64,000 nucleotides of DNA. It comes from Callorhinchus milii. Taxonomy: Eukaryota. The first letter of the stretch is position 1; each line of letters starts with the position of its first letter. The stretch lies in NCBI RefSeq assembly GCF_018977255.1, contig NW_024704743.1, positions 111,292,001 to 111,356,000 on the forward strand, written 5' to 3'. Positions 47,253 through 60,362 of the stretch are shown here, piece after piece. A model generated the notes under the pieces. That model was not told where the DNA came from. It saw only the letters and a list, made by a program, of their open reading frames with translations, and did not search any database. The translations under genes and the position numbers were made by a program.

Positions 47253-47642
47253 CAACCAATGAATCCCAGGCTTAAACTATTCTATGTTTTGACGAAACAA
47301 AGCTATTCATTACTATTGCTATATTTTTATATAATTCTTTATACATTTCAATATCTGAATATTTTAATAATCTCTTTTATGTTGATCAGTTCATCTCAGG
47401 AAGCTCTGGAAACAAAGTGTGATATGCAATTACATTAAATACTTTCACAAACAGACAATCGATGTACAGCTTAATGGGTGATGATGGCCCTTTAATATCA
47501 ACACAGTCTTATTGTGTCAGTGGGTCTAATTTGCAGTACATGCAAAAGGAATTGTAAGAACATATCACGACTCTAGTTTGCGATTCCAAAAATTGACGTA
47601 GTCCAGTACCTGCAATGTATTTATTTGGTGATCTTGCTGTCG

Positions 47643-48175
47643 TCACGGCCTTGCTCCCTCCTACCTCTCCAACCTACTATCCCCCTACCTACCTGCCCGT
47701 ACCCTCCGTTCCTCTGGCTCTGGTCTGCTCCACGTCCCCCGCCCCAACCGCCCTACCATCGGTGGTCGGGCCTTCAGCCTCTCAGCCCCCAGGCTCTGGA
47801 AATCCATCCCCCAGTGCCTTCGCCTTGCTTCCTCCCTTTCCTCCTTCAAGGCCGGTCTCAAAACCTTTCTCTTTGACCGTGCCTTCAGCTCCCCTCTCGA
47901 CTCTCTTCCCCCTCCTCGCTCCTCCCTTCCCTCCCTCACCCTGACCATTTCCCCCCTCCTTGCTCCCTACCTTCCCTCCCCTCACCCTGACCATTTCCCC
48001 CTCCTCGCTTCCCCTCCCCTCACCCTGACCATTTCCCCCCCTCCCCCCTCCCTCCCCCTCCTCCCTCCCTCCTTCCCTCCCCTCACCCTGACCATTTCCC
48101 CCCTGCTCGGGTCATGACCCAACTGTGCAGCGCCTTGGGACGTCCTCCTGACGTGAAAGGCGCTTTATAAATGGA

Positions 48176-48204
<29 letters not shown>
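47643..48204 (+). mobile_element. Young L2 3' fragment with an expanded ~46-bp internal tandem repeat
   Basis: High identity to the 22.4-kb copy; (TTG)n tail. Confidence 0.92.
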
Positions 48205-48206
<2 letters not shown>

Positions 48207-48833
48207 TCACCTTGCCTACGCTTAAATTATACATTTATAAAACTCAAGTGTGACGACGCTGCCCCTGTGTGTTCATTTAAAGAAACCTTCACAAGATCAT
48301 CACAAGGGAGGTTTGGACAAAGAAGGCCCTTAGGTCAGGTTCATCTAATTCTTCCAGAACATCCTCCCACACAGCCCAAAGCTGTTTCAGACTCCAGTGC
48401 CCTGGCCTTAACAGCCCTGAGTGACAGTGTAGCTCAGTTGGTAGCAATCTGGCCTCTGTTTTAGAAAATTGTTGCTTCATAATGATGTGTTGGGGACTTT
48501 GAGATCATAATTTAGGCTGACAGTCCAGTGTTGTGCAGGGGGAGTATTACATTGTCAGAGATGCTTTCCTTCGAATAAAACCAATCTGTTGAGACAAAAT
48601 GTCTGTTCAGCTGGATGTTAAAGTTCCCATGGCACTATTTGCAAAGAGAAGGGAATTTCTCCTGGTGTCCTGCTCAGCAATCCTTCAGTTAAATTCCCAC
48701 ATCTCCCCCACCCCAAGCTTGGGCTATGGGCTAAAGGCCTGACGAGTTATGTGTATATATTGCTAGGGAGGAGATTGGGTGTCACAGAAAGGAAGAGCAA
48801 ATTCTTTCACACTTACAAAGCACAAAGTGCAAA

Positions 48834-51800
48834 TTTATTTCATGAAAATACACAGAAAATATCAAACACATATTGACCAACCGCAGTTCACTGCTATTTG
48901 AAATCACAATTTCTAGCCATCATTGTCCTCTTTGCCACATATATGTTGCCTTCTCATTACTTCTTTACATTGGCCTGATCTTGATTAAAAAATAAGTTTG
49001 AATTAAAAAAAGCACATCCACTTAAAAGACCTCTAGAAAATATTTTCCCTGTTTCCTGGCTGTCATTAGTGTAACAAAAATGTGTTTGGAATAGAAAAGT
49101 GGGGATTTCAAACTATGAAGAAACATTGGGATTATACTGTACAAACCATGTGCCCAAACTTTAACTGAGTAGAACTATATAATGTATCTGAACATTACAT
49201 AAATGCAGTCGTATTGATGAACCAGTCTAATCTGAGAGGGCACCTATCTTAAGCTTGTTTCTTTCTCATTGAAGGCTGCTTGATCCAAAGGCACGCACTT
49301 TGCAATATATCCTATGAAGAGCTTTGGAACGTCCTTGTGATATGAAAGGTGCTGAACCAAATGCAATTTGTTTTAAGTATTAACAAAGGGGGCCAATATT
49401 CAACAGAGATAAATTGTCTCTGGTTTCAGACAAAATGCTTCTCTTAAAATGGACATATACAGTGGAATTCGCTTTTGACGGATGGCGCCCAGTTAACCCC
49501 AGACGTCAGGTAAATCGAACAAAACACCCGGCCTCAATTCATTTATAGTCTTACCTGTTTTAAATGTACCTGCTAATTCAGATGAAAATCTGGTTACTCT
49601 GGGCAAAATGCTGCGTTGGTTGCCGCTGGATGTACTCACTCAGGCCTTCTGTGGTATCCAGCGCCTTCATTCAACCATGAGGGACTCTGGGATAACAGAT
49701 GGGAGGAGTCAAATTGCGATTGACAGTGGACTCCAGCCATTCACAAGTGGCTGGAGTTGGGCTGTCAATCAATGAGGGGGCGGAGGCACAGGGAAGAACA
49801 AGGGAGGGAATATCACAATTGATTCAAAGCTGAGTCGCTTGTGATTGGCTGGAGCTCATCCATTCACAAGCGTCTGCAGGCTGTCAATCACCTCAGGCCA
49901 CCAATAATTGGTCCCCTTCCCGTCCAATGGGAATGGCAACGGGGGGGGGAGGGAGGGAGATCCTCAGCTGCTCAAGGAAGTCCTGGACTGTATTTGCAGC
50001 CAAACAAATATATTTGACTGAATTCTGAGTATTTTAACTTTAACCGGTTTGTTAACATTGCTTCAAGTGAAACAGCATTATTATATATTATTATATGGTG
50101 TTGGGGGTGGGAGGCCTCCTCTGCTGGGGGGGAATGGTATTTCAGCTAACCTCGGACACCTCTTAAGTCAGACAAAATGTCCAACCCCGATGCATCCGCC
50201 TTAACTGGCTTCCACTGTATATATTTTTACATTTACCGACAGTTCTGATCTTTCTATGGAAAATGGGACTTCGGAAGTGCCGGATGTTGAAAATGCCTGA
50301 CAAACAGAAATGTGACTGAACGATATCGCTGTGCCTTGTGTCTGATCTGTTTCATCTTCTGTCAGTGCAACAACAGCTAACAAGCCTAACAGTAATATGC
50401 AGATATTATCGCGACAAATGCCTTGTTAAATTAGATCTAAAAACTACGGACTGACTGATATGCAAAGAAATACATTAAATGTATCAAAAGTTTCCGAAGC
50501 TCCAAAAGTGCATCCCTTGTTTCAAATCCTCAAACAAGTCTTCTTATCGCTAAGTCAGTCACAAAGGCCGTAGATATTTACACAATATGTGTCTGTACGT
50601 AGCTCAACAGAAATGATTGATTTTCACCCCTTCACTGATCCACCTGCTTAATTGTTCACAATTTGGTACAAAGTTTTGATTGCAGGTATTGTTTGTAGGA
50701 TCCAATATACTGTAATAAGGGATTTGTTCTTCAAATACCCAGTAGAGGAAGTCTTCATTCATGCACAGAATGTGATGGAGCGGTTATAAACCTCTATTTA
50801 TTAAGAAACACAGCAACACAAATCCAATTGTAGGATTAAGCTGTTCCTTACACTTTCAGCCGAAACCACATTGGCAGTGAAAGGGTTTTTCTTGTACATT
50901 CACATGCAGTGCTTTACATGACAGGAATACCACTGGACGTTCAACAACTGAATCAGTTATAACTAAAATATATGGGGCACTGAGAGGCTGCTTTAATGCA
51001 ACCATTCTTCTCCCCACAATCTCTGGTATGGCCCGATTAAAAACAAACCTATTAAATATAAATAAAATAACTAGTTAAGAGTTATGCTGAATAAAGAGCA
51101 AGAAACCTCACAGAGCAAATTAACTACAAGACAAGACACAGGGACATGGGAGTGACAAGAGGCTGAGTTTTCCCAAACGCAATGCCTTGACATCTGAGTG
51201 TGAATCAAACAGAATTTGGACATTTTCGAGAATTCAATGGCAGTGAAAATTATTTTGGCGACACCATCTACTTAAAGTAACTCTTTACAAACAACTACCG
51301 CAAACACCAAGCAGGTCAGTTATATTACAGCTCCACAAAAGTTCTACCGTTCCCACTACATCTGACCAAAGACGCTCTCTAGTTTGTTGTGCCCAGGCAA
51401 AGAGTTGAATGCACATGAGCATCAATAAAGCCCTGTTTCTGGTCACTTCCAGAAAAACCCAACAAGTACCACAGCAGGTTTTCAGGCTGGAGGCCTTTGG
51501 TCATGACATCTACTGTACTCGGCGCATCATCAAATCTTTTTTTTTAAAAAACACGACAAGTTCCTCTGTCTGGACATTGACATTTATTGACACACTGTGA
51601 AGACTGAAACTAGAGCAGATACCTAATCTGTTCTATCCTCGTCCTAAAGCTAATTATGGGAATGCATCTAACCCATAAATCACATTTTCTTCAATAACTC
51701 AGCTCGGCAGATCTTCAACCATTGAGAAAGAGGGAGGTTGAGTCCATTATGTGCTTTGCTATATACTCAGTCCACAATGCAAAGAGTATGTCTACCAAGT

Positions 51801-51946
51801 GCCGGTTCTCTAAGGTACCCATTGTCCAAATGCTGAACTTTCCAGTGTCCACAACCTGTAATGCCATTTTCTGAACGTTGACTTTAGCAAATACGGAGAT
51901 GCTGTTGAAATGACAGCCGTACGTTCAAGAGGCTCCAGACTGAAGA
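48834..51946 (-). other. Probable long 3' UTR of PKIA, ending near an AATAAA at 48839-48834
   Basis: About 3.1 kb of mostly repeat-poor, AT-rich sequence downstream of the stop. An AATAAA on the minus strand sits where repeats resume. Confidence 0.5.
49460..50217. mobile_element. Non-autonomous Tc1/mariner-pogo (Tigger-like) DNA transposon / MITE, 758 bp
   Basis: TA|CAGTGGAAttcgcttttgaCGGATG ... CATCCGccttaactggcTTCCACTG|TA: imperfect terminal inverted repeats with a TA target duplication. Confidence 0.75.
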
Positions 51947-52688
51947 TTAACTTTCTGTCTTTCCTTTTGCCTCCTGAGATTCAGGAGGTTGCTTTGTGGA
52001 AGTCTGTGTATCCTTTTCAGCATCCCCTTCACCTACTGAAAAGAAACATTTGAAAGTCATTATTCGCATGCAACTTGCTGACTTAGCCTTTCATCTTTTT
52101 GCATCATAATTGATGAAAGAACAGCCAGGTAAAGTGGTTTAACTGTCTTTCTGTCTTGATGTTAAATGGAATACAGCGAGCAAGTTCAGTCCAAACTCAG
52201 ACACATCAAGAAGGCTGAAAAAGAGGATGCAGGATTGTGAAGAGCAACTTCGGGGCAGGCAACAGGAAGCATTTCCTTACACAGAAAGTGTTTAACAGGT
52301 GGAACAAGTTACCAGGAAGGGTGGGAGAAGCCTGTACACTTAACCTATTTGAAAAGCAGCTTGGTTCTATGATGGGAAGATAGTAGGATGGGTATTCTCA
52401 AAGGATTAGATCAAGTGGGCCGAAGGGCCTTCTTTATCTGAATCTTTCCGACACCCTGCTAACTTATTAATGAACATTCCATGCCCTTATCTCGGACATC
52501 GGCAAGTTAAAAACAATGACTGTTTAAACACCCTCACCTTTTTTATCAATATTCAGCTCTGCTAATTTAAGGGTTAAGTCGCTTGTGTTTACATTTGACG
52601 GAGTGCCCAGGATGTCATGCAGCGCATTCCTCCGTCCTGTCCGTCCTGAAGCGATGAAGTCTGCATACGAGGTTTCAACATCAGTCAT
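51947..52688 (-). CDS. PKIA: cAMP-dependent protein kinase inhibitor, alpha-like. Coding exons 52688-52538 and 52032 (or 52035)-51947; 78 (or 79) aa.
   Basis: [50 protein letters not shown]|(V)[28 protein letters not shown]. It has the pseudosubstrate GRTGRRNA and a Leu-rich export signal. The N-terminus and terminal ES resemble PKIA more than PKIG or PKIB. The 5' non-coding exons were not located. Confidence 0.88.
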
Positions 52689-55600
52689 TGCTGACAGGTT
52701 TCCACATAGCAGTATCTGGGGGAAGGGGAAAGACACACAGAACAAAGCTTAATGTTAGCTAAGCATTCCTACTTTTGGGATATTCATGAAAGACACGGGG
52801 AACTGAGGTTGTAAATTCTGTTGACCCAAGCACATCCTCTAATGTTGCTTATTACAAGTTGTTGTTGTAATCATATGTATTTATATTTTCATTTCTTTAG
52901 GCTGACACTCCAGTCCAGTACTGAAAAGAGCAGTGCATTGTCAGAGTTACTGTCCTTCAGATGAGACCTTAGACCAAGGTCCTCTCTGTGCCTGTTCAGC
53001 TGGACGTTAAAGATCCTGATACTATTCAAAAAGAGAAGGGAGTTTCTCCTGAGGTTCTTGTCAACAATCCCCCAGATAAAATTAGACATTCGCTTCATGG
53101 CTGTTTGTTGGCCACTGCTGTGTGCAAATTGGCTGTTAGGTTTGCCAACAAATTACAGTCACTTTACACTAAATTCTCTGAAGAGCTTGGAGGTGTCTCC
53201 TGATAATGTGAAAGGTGTGATATCAGACAAATAATAATAATAATAATAATAATAATCCTTGCATTTGGTATAGCTCCTCACCATATCCTTGAGATGTCTC
53301 AAAGTGCTTCATTGAATTTATTGTGAAATAGGAGTGACTTTGTGTATTTGTAGGCAAACCCGGCAGCACAATTGCACGCAACAATGTTTCACAACAGCCA
53401 TGAAATGAATGATCAATTTTATTTGGGGTATTGTTGACCAGAACACCAGGAGAAACTCCCTTCTCTTTTTGAATAGTGTCATGAGATCTTTAACATCCAC
53501 CTGAACAGGCACAGAAGAGACCTTGGTTTACCGTCTCATCCGAAAGCTTCCACTTTACCCATCCTCTCCTCAATGATGATGCTTGAGCAATCTGGCACAT
53601 GTCCCGGTTAGTGGGACACTGGCAAGACCTAGTCAACAAAGACTCAAAGCGCAGGTAACCTCTTTGTGAGCTGTCGAATGCTCCAATCAGTGAGCCTTAA
53701 GTCTCTCATCAAATGATTTGGCGCAGAATGTCACTGTGACAGCTGTGCAGATGCATATCAGAGAGAGAGAAAGAGTAAACAAAATAACATAGCAGTGTAT
53801 TGTGTTTAAAAATCATGCAAACGACACAAGCCCAAGCCTGTATTTAATGGTGAGAATCAACAGAAATGGTGCAGTAGTAGTTTACCACCACCAGAGGGGG
53901 TCATTCCTTTTCTATTGTTTGAAGGATTTCAGGATTATTTTATCCAGGAACCACTGTACAAACAATCCTCTGTGGGGAGGTCTAACAGGCACTGTGATCT
54001 TATCTGGACAAGCAGCGGGAAGCTTGCCAGACAGCGTTTTCAATGGCAAGCTGCGCATTTTATTTGTTTAAACTCCAATAGTTACCCCTAAACACATTCT
54101 GGATGTCCCAAAGTTCCAATCTGCACCTAATGCTTCCCGGAATATATAGTGTCCTCCGTGTAGGATAATGTCTCAGACGCAATGATCCGCATCTACAAAT
54201 ATCAGTGATAAAGGTTAACATTTCAGGGTGCCATCCGTTAACAGAGCTACATATTCCAAACCTGTCCTCAGCTGATCAAATCTACATACACGTTCTCATT
54301 AATTAAAATTATACCATTCACAGTTTTTTTTAAAAAAAATTCAAATCCTAAAAAGTTGGACCCATAAACTAGACGTCGATTGCCTCAGCTTCGGCAGAAG
54401 CTACAGACAGTCTTCTTTACAGAAGACAACATTGCCACTTCCATCATGTTAAACCCAGGATCTTTCTTTCTGAGACTTTCCCGTTTGGCCTGTGTTCATT
54501 AGGAAAGAGAGCAGAATATACAGCCTGCTCTCAAAACTGGCCAAGCTCAAGATCCCCAGCCTGTGATACCAGTCAGTATCAGTCTACCACAAGGTTGGCA
54601 ACCTACCAAGTGGCCAAAGACCGGAACAATCCCACTTTCTGTCATTGTATGGTGCAGTGTCTTCTGTGGCCACCCTGCTCGAAGCTAGAGCTCCCATCAC
54701 CTGTGATATTTCTCCTGAAAGAAGGTGTCTCAGGGGACCTTACAGAGGTGACTAAGATTCTAAATAGGATGGAGAAAATAAATCCAGAACAATAATTTGA
54801 TACGCCAATGCAGCAGAACAAGACAGCTCAGGTTGTCAGTAATTTCAGTGTATACACCAGGAAGTATTTTTTTTACACTGGGGGCAATGGGTTATTGCGA
54901 AAGGTGGCAGAATCCGGTATATTGAGACTCATTTAAGAAACAACGTGATATTATATTGGGAAGATGGGTATTTTAAAAGGTTGAAAACAATAGGAAGAGG
55001 GACCTTTTTCATCCAATTCTCTTGTGATCCTGTGATTGTGAAAGGACCAGACAACAGTAAAAAGCTGCACTTGCACTTTGTGACCCAAGACATCACTACT
55101 CACACAGCACTATATAACGGCGGCTCTCCTTTTTAAGAGACAATCTGCGGAGAACAGGCAACACCATTTTATTAACCATTAGCAGGTTAATAAAAGCTTC
55201 TGAGGGAAATAAACTGTTTTCCTTACACTTTAAGAGTTTCTTGTGAGACATTTGTTAAAATAGATATACTGATTTGCCAATACATTTATTTTAAAAGTAC
55301 GAGAATGAAAACTGAATTGAAATTGAATCAAGGAAATACAACTGGTCTGTTCCAAACATTTTGAAATCTTAATGGGTGATGTTCATATCTGACCACCAGA
55401 GGACACTGCGTGAGGGGAGAGTTTGGCAGTGATACAGGCAGTGAGGATGAAAGGTCATATACTGTACAGCAGTAGATTTTCATCGACTACAGCAATAGAT
55501 TTAAATAAATTGACCAGCAATAGGTTTACATAGACAGTACAGCCCGGACACAAGCTATTTAGTCCAACCAGTCTGTGCTGGTGTTTCTGTTCCACGTTAG

Positions 55601-58600
55601 TCCTCAGTGTGTGTTGTGCGACCAATACTATTGCCAGCTTCATGACTGCGGGTTCACTTCCAGATAGGGTTGAGATGGAAAGCGTATCAAATCAGAAATG
55701 AAGGAAATGAGCACGGTTGTCAAATTCCCCCATTTCCACCAGAAATCCAAGCCACTGGCCTGGTTTAATCCCTGGTTTTGGAATTACAAAACTCAGTAAT
55801 ATAATAATAATAATAATCCTTGCATTTGATATAATGCTTTTCGTGTCTTCTAGACATCTCAAAGCGCTTCACAGAATAGACTATAAAGTGAATTGGCTGT
55901 ATTCTTGTGGGCGAAATGTGGCAGCCAATTGCTTCCCATCTCCACATATTTCACTTATAACATTCCGGTGTTGGAAAGCTAGTCTTTGTTGCCATATTGT
56001 TGAGAATTTCATTAAAAAATACATATATTGAGAAATACCTTCTGACTCGCTCCCTTCCTCACCTCCTCGAGACCCAGCTGTACTCTTGGAAGTGCGCTTT
56101 TGGTCATCTTTCCTTCACCTCCATGCCCCCCCGCTCCCCTTCCCCACTCCCGGGTTTTCAATCCAGTTCGGGGCCAAGCCAGGATTGATAAGCACCTGGG
56201 GATGTCCTCGCGCTGTAAAGGTCACTGTAGAAATGTAAATTTGTATTGTATATAGGACTATCACTGGAGTGAAATGAACTTGTGTTGGGTACCTACTCCA
56301 CACTGTGCACAGCTCTGCTCGTTCGGACTAGACCCTCCTCGTGAGTTTCTCCCTTCTCTCAGGTGGTCATGGTCTGAATGAGCCAGGAAGACAAAAAGAA
56401 TGAGCTTCCATTTTTAAAAGTGCTTCATCACCTCGATATACAGTAAATCCCCAGCTTACCAGACTCTGGGGATCCGCAATTTAAATCTAGCCAGAGTGGG
56501 CCCCAAGACAGAAACGTTTAAAAATTGTCTGTGAGCCTGTGCGGATTTACAATTACAATTACAATCTGTTGCATTTACCGGCATTTTTTAAAAAAAGCTG
56601 GGAGATACCTGTACCGGGATTGTAATTAAACTTAGCTGGAAATTCCATCTCACCGGCCCGGATCTTCCATCGGTGGCCGGGCTTTCAGCCTCTCTGCCCC
56701 CACCCTCTGGAACTCCATCCCACAGTCCCTTTGCCTTGCTTCCTCCCTTGCCTCCTTCCAGGCCGGTTTCAAGACCCTTCTCTTTGACCGTGTCTTTGGT
56801 CTCCCTCCCACCTCACTACCTTCCCTCACCCCTACACCACACCCCCTCCCCTATGCTCGGGCCCCGACACCTGACTGTTCTGTGCTTTGGGACGTCCTCC
56901 CGACATGAAAGGCACTCTATAAATGTAATTTTGTTGTTGTTGAATGATCAATTTTATGTAGGGGAGTGTTGGCCAGGACACCAGGAGAAACTCCCTTCTC
57001 TTTTTGAATGTTTCACCAATTTGCCTAAGAACATACAATACAAAATTATACTTGTGTAGCGCCATTCATGTCGGGAGGACATCCCAAGTCATCCCACAAG
57101 CCCTGGCTTGAGCCCACAACCCTCTGACCCTGTGATTCAGAGTAGATTGTAGTCCAGAGGCTGGCATTCCAGTACACTACTGGGTGAGCCTTAGTGGGGC
57201 CTAACTTCACTCACCAAATTAAAAAAAAGATGTGATGCTGTATAGTGTCTTTCCGGACTATTTGATTTGGCACATCAAACAAACCCTTTAGTAAACAATC
57301 CCTGGTTCCCTTTAGTGCAGTGCTGTGCACAACAACAAAGTTAATTTATATAGAGCTGGGTTTGCGCTTGAGCTGCAAATTGGAATCAACAGGGGTGGAC
57401 TGTGCACCTCTCCTACCTTCTAGGAGGTTACAAACTTGGTGTTGGCAGGAGGAACACAGATTACAGTTCTGTCCTTTGGACATTTAAATGCTTCCTGTTT
57501 TTTGCCCACAAAAACAGAGTGAAACTTGACTGTTTATATACCAGTTAACAGCAAATAATGGAATTGTCCTCTCAGAATTTTTCTGTATTTCATCAAGGCA
57601 ACGTCACAATGGGGAACTGTGACATAGAGAAAGTGGTTTCATATCATCACAAAAAATAATCCACCAGCTTTGCCCCTCCCCGCACCCCCCCTCTGAGATT
57701 TTTGGAAATATATATATATTTGGAAAAATTTAATTCCAAATATCTATTTTTTCAAATATTTTATATAATGTTAATTACTGGGGAGAAATTTCTTCTGGGT
57801 CTAGGTTTATTCTATTTGTGTAACTTTGTTATTTGAGGGTGTCCAGCGTTTGGCAACTTCTTAAATATATTTTAAGTTGGTTTTCCGTAAGTTTCTCAGA
57901 AAAACTATAGAAAACTGACTTCAAAGTTAAAACTGAATTCAACAACTTGCCAAATTCTGAATGCTCTAAAATGCCATATACGGAGTCAATCTAGACCCTC
58001 TTAGGCTAGATATGATCAAATTGGTCATTCATTTTATGCCTGTTCGTGTGCAAATTGGTTGCTTTGATCGCACACAAACACACAGTAACTGCACCTTACA
58101 GTATATTCTGTGAAGCAACAATATCAATTTGCATTTATATAGCGCCCTTCACGTGGGGTAGTGTCCCGGAGAGCTTGACAGTGGCGGAGTCTGACCTAGA
58201 ACGAGGGGGAGAGGGAGTGGGGAGGTGACCGTAAGTAGGAACAAAAAGTAAGGTCGTTAGGCAGGTTTTGAAAGTGGGGAGGGAGGGGGTAAGGCAGAGG
58301 GATTGAGGTCCTGTGCTTCGGGGAATAGTGGGTGAAAGCGTGGACACCAATCATGGAGCAGAGAGGGCGAGGAACGAACAGGAGGCCAGAGCCAGCTGAG
58401 AGGAGATAGCAGGTGGTGGAGTGGGGTGTGAGCAAATCGGATAGATAGGGAGGTGTGAGGGCGTGAAGTGATTTGATAAAGCACTTTGGGATATTCTCCC
58501 GACATGAGAGGTACTACATCAAATGTAAGGATTATTATTATTATTATAATACAGTAAATCTAGACCTGCCCGTATGTATGCACAATGTTTACAATAAATG

Positions 58601-60362
58601 CCAGATTTAAGAAAGATCTGCCATGAAAAAAAGTGATTATTTTATGCAAAGGGGTATTTTGTCAAAGTAGAGACATATTCTTAAAACAGTGAATTATTTC
58701 AGTGTTTTTTTTTACAAAAATTGATTAATATATTAATAATATGGTTCAATCAAGAAAATACAGATTGTATGTTAAAATAAAGAGACTCGGATCCTGAACA
58801 AGCCACCTGGAAGATTTCAAATCGAGCCCATATTTAGTGGCTGTCTCGCCAGAAATCCTCCAGCCAGCCCCAGGCAATTGTAAATGATTTTGTTGTTCCC
58901 AATACGCCTGGCTCATGTTCTATTTCAGTTTCTAAATAAGGTCATCGCCTCGTCTCCAACTCATACAGCTGTCCCTGTCTGCATGCGGACAGACAAGGAC
59001 TTAACTTCACTTTGTAAAGACAGAGAAACATCCTTTACTGCAATTAAAGCCATCTGATAAGGCTAGACTCATGGGATGAAAAGGTGTTTCCAATTTACAC
59101 CCAGTAGTTGCTTACACAACACAAGATAGGCAAGAGCAGAGACGCCTCAAGCCAATATACAGCACACAATATATCTGTTTGTGTACAGCACTCTATATAA
59201 CTGGGTGTACAACACTCCATATATCTGTGTGTGTGTCCTTGTACTGAAAATAGAACCACAGGACATAGCTTGTGATTGAAGGGGGGGGGGGGGTAAATTC
59301 AAAACAAATCTGCTGAGTGAGTAAGTAGTAAATGTATGGAATTGACTTCCTAGGGAGATCCTGGAAGCAGAAGTGTTGATTCTATCAAGAACAAATTTGA
59401 TAGATTTCTGTTAGGTAATTAATATCTCAGGATAGAGTATATAGTTTGGGACATGACATGCCAAGATGGTGGAAGGCGAACTAGATGGAACTTGTTTTTT
59501 CTTCCAGCAGTTCTTATGTTCTTATATATCTCTTATATACAGATGTATACAAAAGTACATACTCATACAGCTCTATCCCCATGCACCACCCCAATACATC
59601 TCCAGATCTACAGCCCCTCATATATGCTGTATTTATAGCATGGGAATAACGATATACATCACATGTGGGGAACGCCACACATATCATGCCTGGGGAATGC
59701 CATACCACGTCACATGTGGGGAATGCTGACCTGGGATATCTTATCCATGAGTGACCCAGGATTGCCTCAGACCCGAGCTCTCACTCCCAGTGAGACGTAC
59801 GCAGGATTCTCCACTGGAGGATATTTTAAGTTCTCAGGTGCCTGTTCTAGTGTTGAGGCATCACTGAACCTGTGGTTTTCTGACAAAAATCATTAAAAGT
59901 ACTCAGAAAATGGACCACATTCATGGTACCCTGTCCTGTGCCCTGAGTATAGGAAACCCAATGCCTGGCACTGTCAGGCAGAAGGAAGGGCTATGTTAGG
60001 ATTACATTCATTGGTGAAGGGGGAGAGTGGGGGGGTGGGGATAAAGCTGTGGAACGAAATGCACCTGCCAGTTAAGTGGGTGCAATCCTCTCAGTAATTA
60101 CATTTGCACACTTCAGGAAAATTACTTTACAAATAAAGCTGAGTGCTGCAGGGATTAGAGAATGAATCAAGTCTTTAATTCTTAAAAAAAACTTGACAAA
60201 CCAAATTAAAAGTGTTATTTGGAGGACTGCAATGATTTGTAAATCAGATGGGATTAAAGTTGACATGCTGACTGCTACCATAATCAACTCGAGATTATCA
60301 CATTATCACACAGCAACTACACAGAACTCCGAGTGTTAGTGTGGAGTTTATCACAGTAACTA

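Noticed and set aside
51947..52688. Calling the gene PKIG because it is tail-to-tail with ADA, as in human
   Set aside because: The protein sequence matches PKIA ([24 protein letters not shown]) much better than PKIG as I recall it. The synteny conflict is reported as a finding instead.
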